A stretch of 64,000 bases of DNA. Source: an uncultured Actinomycetota bacterium. GTDB lineage: Bacteria > Actinomycetota > Actinomycetes > S36-B12 > CAIYMF01. The notes under the pieces are model-generated. The model saw only the letters and a list, made by a program, of their open reading frames with translations, was not told where the DNA came from and made no database searches. Positions within the stretch are counted from its first letter, which is position 1, and each line of letters begins with the position of its first letter. The stretch spans positions 7,909-71,908 of the forward strand of contig CAWAKP010000007.1 of NCBI GenBank assembly GCA_963782665.1, written 5' to 3'. A program made the position numbers and the translations under genes. Below are positions 27,232 to 35,009 of the stretch, piece after piece.

Positions 27232-28119
27232 TCACTTCCCGCTGCTGCTCGCAGGCGCCGGGGTGGCGGTCGTCAGGCTCTTGAGGTGGGTCTGCACGTT
27301 CTTGGCGATGTCGGACGTCGGGTCGATCGCGATGACCCGCTGCCACTCGGCCCGGACCTTCGCGAGATCCGGCGTCGCGCTGCTCAGGTACAGGAAGCCG
27401 AGGTCGTAGTGCGCCTCGGCGTTCTTCGGGGCGATGGCCGCGGCCTTGAGCCAGCTCTTCTCGGCGTTCTTGCTGTCGCCCTGGTTGAACTGCGCGGCCC
27501 CGAGACCGACCCAGCCGGTAGCGTTCTTGGGATCGAGCTTCACGACCTCGGAGCTGAACTGCGCGGAGTTCTTGTAGTCGCCGGCCTGGAAGTAGAGGCT
27601 CGCCAGCGCCGCGTACGACGCGACGTCCTTGGGGTTGGTCGTGATCTTCTGCATGAGGTCCGAGACCTTCTTCATGTCCAGAGCGGGCGCGCTGCTGCTC
27701 GCAGAGACGTCCGGGGCGCCGGTGATGCCGGGCACGCTGCTGGCGTTGCTCATCGTGTGGACGCCGAACGCCGCACCGACCATCACGACGAGGCCGGCGG
27801 CGACCCACGCGATCTTGCTGCGCGAGCGCGGCAGGGCTGCAGCGGGAGGCGCGTCGTCGCCGTCGAGAGCCATGGGCGCAGGTGCGGGTGCCGGGTCCTC
27901 GGTCAGCAGGCTCCACACCGCCTCGACCTCGGAGAGCTGGTCCTTCGCCCAGGCGCGCTGGTCCTCGGGCGCGTGCTCGAGCACGGCCACCGCGGCCCGG
28001 TGGGCGGCCTCGACGTCACGGTCGGTGGCGTCCGGCGGCAGGCCGAGCCGGCTGAGCAGCTCGCGGCGTACGTCGACGGGGTCGGTGATCGTGGGTCCGG
28101 GCTGCGTCTGCGACGACAT
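27232..28119 (-). CDS. TPR-repeat membrane protein, CcmI/CycH/NrfG-like apocytochrome chaperone candidate
   Basis: ATG 28119. Cytoplasmic N-terminal region, one TM, then TPR repeats (ALASLYFQAGDYKNS.., GWVGLGAAQFNQGDSKNA.., AHYDLGFLYL..). Confidence 0.6.
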   Translation of the reverse strand: MSSQTQPGPTITDPVDVRRELLSRLGLPPDATDRDVEAAHRAAVAVLEHAPEDQRAWAKDQLSEVEAVWSLLTEDPAPAPAPMALDGDDAPPAAALPRSRSKIAWVAAGLVVMVGAAFGVHTMSNASSVPGITGAPDVSASSSAPALDMKKVSDLMQKITTNPKDVASYAALASLYFQAGDYKNSAQFSSEVVKLDPKNATGWVGLGAAQFNQGDSKNAEKSWLKAAAIAPKNAEAHYDLGFLYLSSATPDLAKVRAEWQRVIAIDPTSDIAKNVQTHLKSLTTATPAPASSSGK

Positions 28120-28207
28120 GGTCGCCCCCTGCTCGTCCTTCGGTCCTCGCGGGACCGGCGGGTGCACTCCACCCACCGACAATCCTCGGCGCGCGCCGCC
28201 CTCGCGA

Positions 28208-28292
28208 CCATCCGCCGTCGGGCACGTTCCAGGTAGAGAAACCGATACCGCAGATGCATCCGGGTGCCGGAAGGCATATGCCCTCCTGTACC
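28208..28292 (-). promoter_or_regulatory. conserved upstream element, copy B (ahead of TPR-decahaem-tlpA operon)
   Basis: Same four blocks and identical 20-mer GGCATATGCCCTCCTGTACC (28273..28292) as copy A. Also contains the palindrome GATGCATC. Confidence 0.45.
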
Positions 28293-28380
28293 GGGAGGAG
28301 GTGCGCCCGTCGGTGCGCGCGGGGGTTCGGGCACCGGGCACCGTGATCACCTTCTCCCGTCGCCGATGGATCGGCAGGCG

Positions 28381-29841
28381 TCAGTAGGACTCGTTGTCGT
28401 GCGACTTGCCGTGGCAGACGAGCGTGCAGGTCCCGTGGCCCTCGCTCGTCGACGTCCACGTCAGGACTCCGTTGTACGGCTTGACGTTGGGACCGAAGTT
28501 GACGAGGCGCGTGTAGGGCGACGCCTCCGTCGCGGTCGAGTGCAGCGTGAAGTGGCACTCGGCGCAGATCGCGTTGCCCTGCCCGGCGCCCAGGACGTCG
28601 ATGCTCGTCCCGGCCGACCCGGAGCCGCCGATCCCGGTCAGGTGCTTGCCGTGGTAGCGGAAGTTGGTGGCGGTCGACGTCTCGGTGCGGAAGGGCGCCG
28701 GGTTGTGGCAGGTGTAGCAGAGGGCGAAGTTCGTGTCGGAGTAGCTCTCGCCGCTGCCCATGAGGTCGCGGTCGCGGTAGTTGCGGATCAAGAGCCCGCG
28801 GAACGTCGAGCTGTGCGGTGACAGGTCGTCGCCGGGTCCGGCTGCCGTCGACGCCTTCGAGCTCGCGTGGCAGCTGGTGCAGCGCACGGTGTTGGGGACG
28901 CCACCGGCGCCATCGACGCTGAACGTCCACAGCTTGCCGGTCCACGAGCCGGCGAGGCTGTCCTTCATCTTCTGCGTCGTGTTGGTGCCCGGGCCCTCGA
29001 CCGGGTGGAACGAGGCGTTGGCCGGGTTGAACTCGACGCCGGCGTCGAGCATCTGCCACGACGGACGCACCCCGCTGTTGGACATCAGCGTCGTGTAGCC
29101 CGAGTGGCACTTGAAGCACAGCTGGTACTCGAACTGGACCGCGGCGGACTTGCCGTCGAGGAACGTGTACGCCGGTGTACTGCCCGCGGCGCCGTTCGTG
29201 ACGGCGACGCCGGACACGCCGGTGAGCCGACCCGAGAGAGGCCAGGCGACCCCCGCGGCCGGAACGGTCGAGTCGACGGCGGCGGCCTGGTGCGGGTCGT
29301 GGCAGTCGCTGCACTCGACGTGCCGGTTGAGCACCCCGCCGAACTCGTCGTTGCTCCCGAGCACGTGCGAGGTCGTCACGGTGGCGTCGTGGCGGTAGAA
29401 CGACGCGGTGTATCCGGTCGCGGCGGGATCCGACGGGTCGTTGGTCGCGACCGCGGGATCCGAGTACTGGGACTCGACGTTGGAGCTCGCGCCCGTGCCG
29501 TCGTGGCAGGTGAAGCACAGCGTGCTCTGCGGCGACACCTGCGGGAGGAGGTCCACCGACTTCGCGGTGTGCGCCCGGTGGCAGCCGGCGCAGGCATCGG
29601 TCCTCATCGAGTTGTAGGGGCCGTGCGGCGAGGCTGCGGTGGGGACGACACCGGCCCTCGGCGCGGCCACGGTGCTCGGCACCGGGTTCGCGGCGGCGGG
29701 GGTCGTCACTGCTGCGCGGGACGCGCCCGCCGACGCCTGTGCGACGCCGACCGGGAGCATGACCATCCAGGCGGCGCAGAGCCCGACGACGCCGGCTCGA
29801 CGCACTCGGTGCGCCGTGGTCGTCGTCCGCCTGGTCATCAT
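28381..29841 (-). CDS. secreted multihaem cytochrome c (7 CXXCH + 1 CX3CH)
   Basis: 486 aa with signal peptide. CAGCH, CFTCH, CSDCH, CFKCH, CTSCH, CYTCH, CAECH and terminal CTLVCH. Paralogue of the upstream gene. Confidence 0.85.
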   Translation of the reverse strand: MMTRRTTTTAHRVRRAGVVGLCAAWMVMLPVGVAQASAGASRAAVTTPAAANPVPSTVAAPRAGVVPTAASPHGPYNSMRTDACAGCHRAHTAKSVDLLPQVSPQSTLCFTCHDGTGASSNVESQYSDPAVATNDPSDPAATGYTASFYRHDATVTTSHVLGSNDEFGGVLNRHVECSDCHDPHQAAAVDSTVPAAGVAWPLSGRLTGVSGVAVTNGAAGSTPAYTFLDGKSAAVQFEYQLCFKCHSGYTTLMSNSGVRPSWQMLDAGVEFNPANASFHPVEGPGTNTTQKMKDSLAGSWTGKLWTFSVDGAGGVPNTVRCTSCHASSKASTAAGPGDDLSPHSSTFRGLLIRNYRDRDLMGSGESYSDTNFALCYTCHNPAPFRTETSTATNFRYHGKHLTGIGGSGSAGTSIDVLGAGQGNAICAECHFTLHSTATEASPYTRLVNFGPNVKPYNGVLTWTSTSEGHGTCTLVCHGKSHDNESY

Positions 29842-29870
29842 CGCTCCAGTGGGCCGGATGGGAGAGACCG

Positions 29871-29913
29871 AGGGGCCCCGTGGCCGTCCCCGGGGGGTTG
29901 GCCACGGGGCCTC
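29871..29913 (-). terminator. strong hairpin between the two multihaem cytochrome genes (terminator/attenuator candidate)
   Basis: 12-bp GC stem GGCCCCGTGGCC / GGCCACGGGGCC with 14-nt loop, in the 114-nt gap between stop 29956 and start 29841. Confidence 0.5.
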
Positions 29914-29955
29914 GTCGGTCGGTGGTGCACGTCGTGCGGAAGTGCTCAGTGCTGG

Positions 29956-31437
29956 TTACTTGTTGTGGCACATGTTGCAGGTGCCACGGTTGTCGACCCG
30001 GAGCAGGAAGCTGTCCGGAGCGGCCTTGTTGATGCCGAACTCGGTCTGCACGGTGCTCGAGTACGAGGTGGAGCCATCGCCGGTCATGCTGGCGTTGGAC
30101 CCGTGAGCAACGTGGCACTGGATGCAGTTGGGACTGCCTTCCTTGCCGTTGTTCGACCGGTGCATGTACATGAACGTCGCGTCGCCCGAAGCCGTCTTGT
30201 AGGACGAGCTACCCGCCAGCAGGCGGGTGTGGCAGGTGGTGCACCACTGCGAGATGTTCGCGATGAACGCCGTCGGGGCAGTCCCGCTGGCGACGTAGGC
30301 TCCGGTGTAGTTGTGGTCGTCCTGGGCCCAGTAGTTCGTGGTCGTGTAGACCTTGGTGCCCTTGGAGTCCGGGATACCGGAGATCTTGCCGATCACCGTC
30401 GCGGCAACGTTCACCGTGGTGGAGATCGAGAAGGTCGTCGTGGTCGCCGCCGCTGACACCGTGAAGATGCCGTTGTACGTCGCCGGGGTGAACCCGGAGA
30501 GCACGACCTTCTGACCAGCGACCAAGCCGTGAACGTTCCACGTCTTGAAGGTCGCCGTGGTGGCGTCGAACGCCGTCTCCGCTGCGATCCCTGCGGGATC
30601 CGCGTACCCGACCGTGCCGCCAGTCGCTGACGCGAAGCCGACGTTACGGATCGACAACGTGAAGTGCTGGTTGTCGGTCACGACCGTGACGGTGCCGGCA
30701 AGGATGCCGTCCGCTCCGCCGGTCGTCCCGTAGAACGAGACGGGCTGGGTCACCTTGAACGTGTTCGCCGCTGCGGTGATCACGTCGTAGGTGTAGGTGG
30801 TGTTCGAGCCAGAGACGGTCGCCGAGGTCTGCGTCACGCTTGTGACTGCAACCGGCGCGGGGAAGGCCAACGCAGTGCCGTCGGTCGGAACCGGACGGAG
30901 GATGCGGTAGTTCCCGTTGCCGTGCGGGTCGTGGCAGGACGTGCACTCGAGAGTGACGGCTGTGCCGTTGCCGCTACCGTTGGCGCCGCCGCCCCAGGCC
31001 GTGCCCGCGACGCCGATCTGGTGCTGCGACGTCGTGGCTGCTGCGGTCCCGACCGGGACCGACTTGGGGCTGGCTGTGTAGGACGCTGCTCCGGACCCGA
31101 TCAGGGCGAAGTTGAAGCCACCACCGCGCAGTGCGCCGATGCTTGCTCCACGTGTGTTGACGCCCGAGATCGAGTACCCGACACCGTCCATGACATCCGA
31201 CGACGCACCCGTGCCACCCGAGCCGTGACAGCTCTGACAGAGAACTGTCTCGTCCTGGGTGAGCAGGTATGCGCTGGTCGCGGTGTGAGCCCGGTGGCAA
31301 CCTGCGCACCGGTCCACGGCCATGTTCCCCGACGTCGAGACGTGGGGACCGTTGTCGGCGAACGCCGGCGCAGCGCCCATCATCCCGAAGGACAGGATGA
31401 CTGCACTCCCTACTACGAGGGATGCGAGCCGCTTCAC
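29956..31437 (-). CDS. secreted hexahaem cytochrome c with large non-haem insert
   Basis: CAGCH, CQSCH, CTSCH, CTTCH, CIQCH, CNMCH. ~230 aa without haem motifs between sites 3 and 4. GTG 31437 has GGAGG 9 nt upstream; the ORF could also start at GTG 31446. Confidence 0.85.
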   Translation of the reverse strand: MKRLASLVVGSAVILSFGMMGAAPAFADNGPHVSTSGNMAVDRCAGCHRAHTATSAYLLTQDETVLCQSCHGSGGTGASSDVMDGVGYSISGVNTRGASIGALRGGGFNFALIGSGAASYTASPKSVPVGTAAATTSQHQIGVAGTAWGGGANGSGNGTAVTLECTSCHDPHGNGNYRILRPVPTDGTALAFPAPVAVTSVTQTSATVSGSNTTYTYDVITAAANTFKVTQPVSFYGTTGGADGILAGTVTVVTDNQHFTLSIRNVGFASATGGTVGYADPAGIAAETAFDATTATFKTWNVHGLVAGQKVVLSGFTPATYNGIFTVSAAATTTTFSISTTVNVAATVIGKISGIPDSKGTKVYTTTNYWAQDDHNYTGAYVASGTAPTAFIANISQWCTTCHTRLLAGSSSYKTASGDATFMYMHRSNNGKEGSPNCIQCHVAHGSNASMTGDGSTSYSSTVQTEFGINKAAPDSFLLRVDNRGTCNMCHNK

Positions 31438-31540
31438 CGTCGTCACCTCCTTCCATGAGGACTCACGTCTGTGACGTGATGGGTTTGTCTTCCTTCACGG
31501 AGCGGTTCTCCGCTCCCCGCTCACCCCTCTGTCTGCCGCA

Positions 31541-32626
31541 TCAGTAGCTCCATACCTGGACGCGGCCGTTCTCCCGGTCCGTGATGTAGATGTCGGAGCG
31601 GGTGTCGGTTGCGATGCCGTTCGGGTACTCGAACAGGCCGTCTGCGACACCTTCGTCGCCGAACGCGCCGACGAAGGTGATCGTGTTGCTGCCCTTGTCT
31701 CCCAGCCGGTAGACGTGGACGGTCTGGTTGGTGGTGTCGACGACGTAGACGCGTCCCGAGTCGTCGAAGGCGACGCCTCGCGGGAGCCCGAGGTCGCCCT
31801 CGCCGATGCCGCGGTTGACCGCGCCGACGAGCTTGCCGTCGGGATCGAACGCGAGGAGTCGACCGTTGTTCCCGTCGGCTACGACGGCGATCCCGTCGGG
31901 ACTGACCCCGATGCCGTTGGGGAAGGTCATCGGCTGGTCCGCGCCGACGACCTCGCGCGCGACCTTGCCGGTCGGGTCGATCACGAGGATGCGGTGCGAC
32001 TTGCCGCCCACCTCGGTGACGTACATGACGCCGTCGCTGGCGAAGGTGATGCCCAGCGGAGCCCAGGACCCGGTGAGCCCGGTGGGCTTGAAGGTCCGGA
32101 GGTAGGTGCCGTTCGCGGTGTAGACGTAGATGGCCGACGTCATGCGGTCGGTGACGTAGACGTCGTTGGTCTGTGGGTTGATCGCGATGTAGACGGGCAC
32201 GTGCGCGGCGCCCGCGCTCTTGGGCGGCGTGAGCGTGGCCAGGACGTGGCCGGAGTGGTCGAACTCCAGCACCGTGCGCGTGCCACCGCTCTGCGTCACG
32301 TAGACCCGCTCACCATCCGGCGACACCGCGACGCCGAGCGGCTGGGTGACGCCGTAGATCGAGTAGTTGTAGTGCGGCATCGACTCGCGGCTCAGGATCG
32401 GGATGGCCGTGATCGGCTTGCGGGTGATGAGGTACCAGGCGAAGAGGCTGGTGACGATCAGCAGCAGCACGCCGATGATCGCCAGCACGATGAGGCGGCG
32501 GCGTCGCTTGCCGTCGTCCGGCGCCGCGTGGCCGGCGGGTGCCTCAGCGACGGCTACTGCGACTGCTGTGTCGACGGAGGCGTCGACGGCGGTGCCGATG
32601 CCTGCGTCGCGGGAGTGGGTGCTCAT
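31541..32626 (-). CDS. membrane-anchored NHL-repeat six-bladed beta-propeller protein
   Basis: ATG 32626 is 1 nt after the upstream stop. TM helix (LIVLAIIGVLLLIVTSLFAWYLI), repeated blades such as VAVSPDGERVYVT, IYVYTANG, VYVVDTTNQTVHVY, IYITDRENGRVQVW. Confidence 0.8.
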   Translation of the reverse strand: MSTHSRDAGIGTAVDASVDTAVAVAVAEAPAGHAAPDDGKRRRRLIVLAIIGVLLLIVTSLFAWYLITRKPITAIPILSRESMPHYNYSIYGVTQPLGVAVSPDGERVYVTQSGGTRTVLEFDHSGHVLATLTPPKSAGAAHVPVYIAINPQTNDVYVTDRMTSAIYVYTANGTYLRTFKPTGLTGSWAPLGITFASDGVMYVTEVGGKSHRILVIDPTGKVAREVVGADQPMTFPNGIGVSPDGIAVVADGNNGRLLAFDPDGKLVGAVNRGIGEGDLGLPRGVAFDDSGRVYVVDTTNQTVHVYRLGDKGSNTITFVGAFGDEGVADGLFEYPNGIATDTRSDIYITDRENGRVQVWSY

Positions 32627-32627
32627 G

Positions 32628-33608
32628 TCAGCCCGCCTTCGGCTGCGTCGTCGGGGCACCCGGGGCGTCCAGACGACCCAGCGCCGTGTTCGCGTTGGTG
32701 TTGGTGGGATCGGCGACGAGCACCTTGCGGTACCAGTCGACGGCGGCCGCGCGGTCGGACTGGGTCTCCGCGATCAGGCCGAGGCCGAGCATCGCGTCGA
32801 TCGCCGCGGGCCCGCTGGTGAGCGCCGAGAGGCGCTTGGTCGCGTTGCCGGGGTTCTTGGTGCAGAAGTCGACCATCGCGCCCGCGTACTCGGCGAGCTG
32901 CGGTGCCTTCATCGCGGTGTACGCGCCGCCGAGCGCCGTGTACGGCTCGCACCACCCGGTCGGCACGAAGGCGATGGCGCGCTGCAGGCTCGCGACCGCG
33001 CCCTTCGGGTCGCCCTGCTTGATCTGCAGGGTTCCCAGCAGGTACCACGAGTCGGCGTCGGAGTCGTCGACCTTGAGGGACGCGCGGATGTTCTTCACGG
33101 CGTCGTCGTAGTTGCCCCGTTGCGCCGCGATACTGCCCAGCCAGTAGTACGCCGTCTGCAGCTGCGGGTCCACGTTGGAGAACTCGACGTTCTTCGTCCC
33201 TGCGACGACCTTGGTGAACAGGGTGACGGCCCCGTCGAGGTCACCGTTCTGCATCGTCGCCGTACCCGCGCCCACGAGTGCCGCCCGGTTTCCCGGGACC
33301 GCCCGGAGGATCTCGTCGTACTGCGTCAGTGCGTCGTCGGGGCGACCGTCCTTGAGGTACGTGGCGGCGAGCGACAGCCGCGCGGCGACGTTCTGGGGTG
33401 CCTGGCGCACGGCTTGTTCTGCCGAGTCGATCTGGCGTTCACCCAGTGACGGTCCCGAGTCGACGTGCTGGCCCTTGTAGTAGATGGCGACGAACGCCAC
33501 GAGCAGCACGCCGAGGGCGATGGCTCCGTAACGGATCAGTCGGGTCAGCGTCCGGTCCGAGATTCCCTCGACTCGTGCCAGTGTCGTCATGGGCTCTCTC
33601 GCCCCCAT
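32628..33608 (-). CDS. TPR-repeat membrane protein
   Basis: 326 aa, N-terminal TM helix then multiple TPR-like repeats. First gene of the NHL/cytochrome operon. Alternative start 33590. Confidence 0.65.
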   Translation of the reverse strand: MGAREPMTTLARVEGISDRTLTRLIRYGAIALGVLLVAFVAIYYKGQHVDSGPSLGERQIDSAEQAVRQAPQNVAARLSLAATYLKDGRPDDALTQYDEILRAVPGNRAALVGAGTATMQNGDLDGAVTLFTKVVAGTKNVEFSNVDPQLQTAYYWLGSIAAQRGNYDDAVKNIRASLKVDDSDADSWYLLGTLQIKQGDPKGAVASLQRAIAFVPTGWCEPYTALGGAYTAMKAPQLAEYAGAMVDFCTKNPGNATKRLSALTSGPAAIDAMLGLGLIAETQSDRAAAVDWYRKVLVADPTNTNANTALGRLDAPGAPTTQPKAG

Positions 33609-33696
33609 CCTCGGTGCCAGCCCCGCCGCCGGCTTGCGGTGGAGCTCGTCGGGAGGCAGATGCCTCCGCTCTCATCGTGGTGCGGGACGTGGTCGC

Positions 33697-33717
33697 GGCC
33701 CATCCGTCGCGAGGCAC
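33697..33717 (-). promoter_or_regulatory. partial third copy of the conserved upstream element
   Basis: GGCCCATCCGTCGCGAGGCAC matches copy A (24711..24731) at 19/21 positions. A related box GGCAGATGCC is at 33655..33664, but on the other side. Confidence 0.35.
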
Positions 33718-33829
33718 AGACGGGGTACAACTCGGGCACATGACGCGCGTCACATCGCGCGTCCGTGCACGTCAACGAGGGTTCGTGGAAGTTCAGCAGT
33801 CCGTCGCCCCCGGGGCGAAGGGGGGCGGG

Positions 33830-34177
33830 TCAGACGGTGGCGTAGGCCCGATCGACGAGGGCCACGATCACCTCGGGCTGGGGCGGCTGGCCCTGCGTCG
33901 GGATGAGCGAGCCGGCCGGCGCGACCGCGTCACTGACGTCGATGAGCATCGCGTCGGCGACCAGGCAACGAAGGGTGGTCTCGTCGAGACCGGGGTAGCG
34001 CTCGAAGATCACCACGCGGGGGTGCAGCTCCAGCGCGCTCGAGACGGCGGCGGCGTCCGATGTGGCGATGGCCATGACGTCGAGGCCGGTGGCCAGGTGG
34101 AGGTGCTGCGCGAGTCCCTGACCGAGCAGGGGGTGCACGTAGAGGAGGACGACGGGTGTCGCGAGATTGTCGGGCAC
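33830..34177 (-). CDS. stand-alone receiver-like (pseudo-receiver) protein
   Basis: GTG 34177 preceded by GGAGAGGAG. The VVLLYVHPLLGQGL..VVIFERYPGLD pattern resembles a REC domain, but the acidic DD pair reads YV and the phospho-Asp position reads E. Confidence 0.45.
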   Translation of the reverse strand: MPDNLATPVVLLYVHPLLGQGLAQHLHLATGLDVMAIATSDAAAVSSALELHPRVVIFERYPGLDETTLRCLVADAMLIDVSDAVAPAGSLIPTQGQPPQPEVIVALVDRAYATV

Positions 34178-34325
34178 CGGCCTGCTCCTCTCCGGTGACG
34201 TGCGCGTCCGAGACGTCTCGACGGTAGCCCCGGTCCCGATCGGGCCGGTATCCCCACTGCGGCACAACTTCTGCCGCGTGCGCCTCTATCCACCCGTACC
34301 GATCGGATGGAGCCGGTCCTGGGCA

Positions 34326-35009
34326 TCAGCCCTGGTCGGACGGCCTGCCCAGGCCCTGGCGCACGATGTAGGACGCCGCCTGGATGCGGTTGTCGAGGCC
34401 CAGCTTCTCGAGCGCGTTGTGCACGTGGTTCTTCACCGTGCCCTCGGTGATGGACAGGCGATGGCCGATCTGCCGGTTGGACATACCGTCTGCCACGAGC
34501 TGCAGGATCTCGAGCTCGCGGGCGGTGATCGGCGGGGCCGGCGTCGCCGTCGGTGCGTCGACCGTGGTCAACGTGCCGTTGCGGATCTCGGACAGCAGAA
34601 GTCCTGCAACCGCAGGCGAGATGGGCGTCTCGCCGCGCATCACCGAGCGAAGCATGTCGAAGAGCTGCTCCGGACGGAGGTCCTTGAGCAGGTATCCCTG
34701 CGCTCCGTTGCGGATGGCCTGGAAGAGGTGCTCGTCGGACTCCGACACGGTGAGCATGACGATCTTGATCTCGGGCAGCTGCTCGTGCAGGAGCCGGGTC
34801 GCCTCGACGCCGCCCATGACGGGCATCTCGACGTCCATGACCACGAGGTCGGGTCGCAGCTCGTGAGCCTTCTCGACGGCGACGACCCCGTTGTCGGCCT
34901 CCCCGACCACCTCGAGGTCGGGCTGGCCGCCGATGAGGGACGCGATGGCGGTCCGGAAGAGGGGCTGGTCGTCGACCAGCAGCACCCGGATGACGTCACT
35001 GTCCGGCAC
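34326..35009 (-). CDS. NarL/FixJ (LuxR-type HTH) response regulator
   Basis: RVLLVDDQPLF.., DLVVMDVEMP, C-terminal LTARELEILQLVADGMSNRQIGHRLSITEGTVKNHV. Confidence 0.9.
   Translation of the reverse strand: MPDSDVIRVLLVDDQPLFRTAIASLIGGQPDLEVVGEADNGVVAVEKAHELRPDLVVMDVEMPVMGGVEATRLLHEQLPEIKIVMLTVSESDEHLFQAIRNGAQGYLLKDLRPEQLFDMLRSVMRGETPISPAVAGLLLSEIRNGTLTTVDAPTATPAPPITARELEILQLVADGMSNRQIGHRLSITEGTVKNHVHNALEKLGLDNRIQAASYIVRQGLGRPSDQG

Noticed and set aside
28381-29841. MMTRRTTTT N-terminus of the octa-site cytochrome as a Tat signal
   Set aside because: It does not fit the S/T-R-R-x-F-L-K pattern. c-type cytochromes matured by Ccm are exported unfolded via Sec.
25587-31446. Possibility that the cytochromes form an NrfAH-type nitrite reductase, hydroxylamine oxidoreductase or similar enzyme
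   Set aside because: I found no CXXCK motif, no Tyr cross-link context and no other catalytic signature. All motifs are plain CXXCH, apart from one CX3CH. Not excluded without profile searches, so this is kept as a refutation route in the findings.
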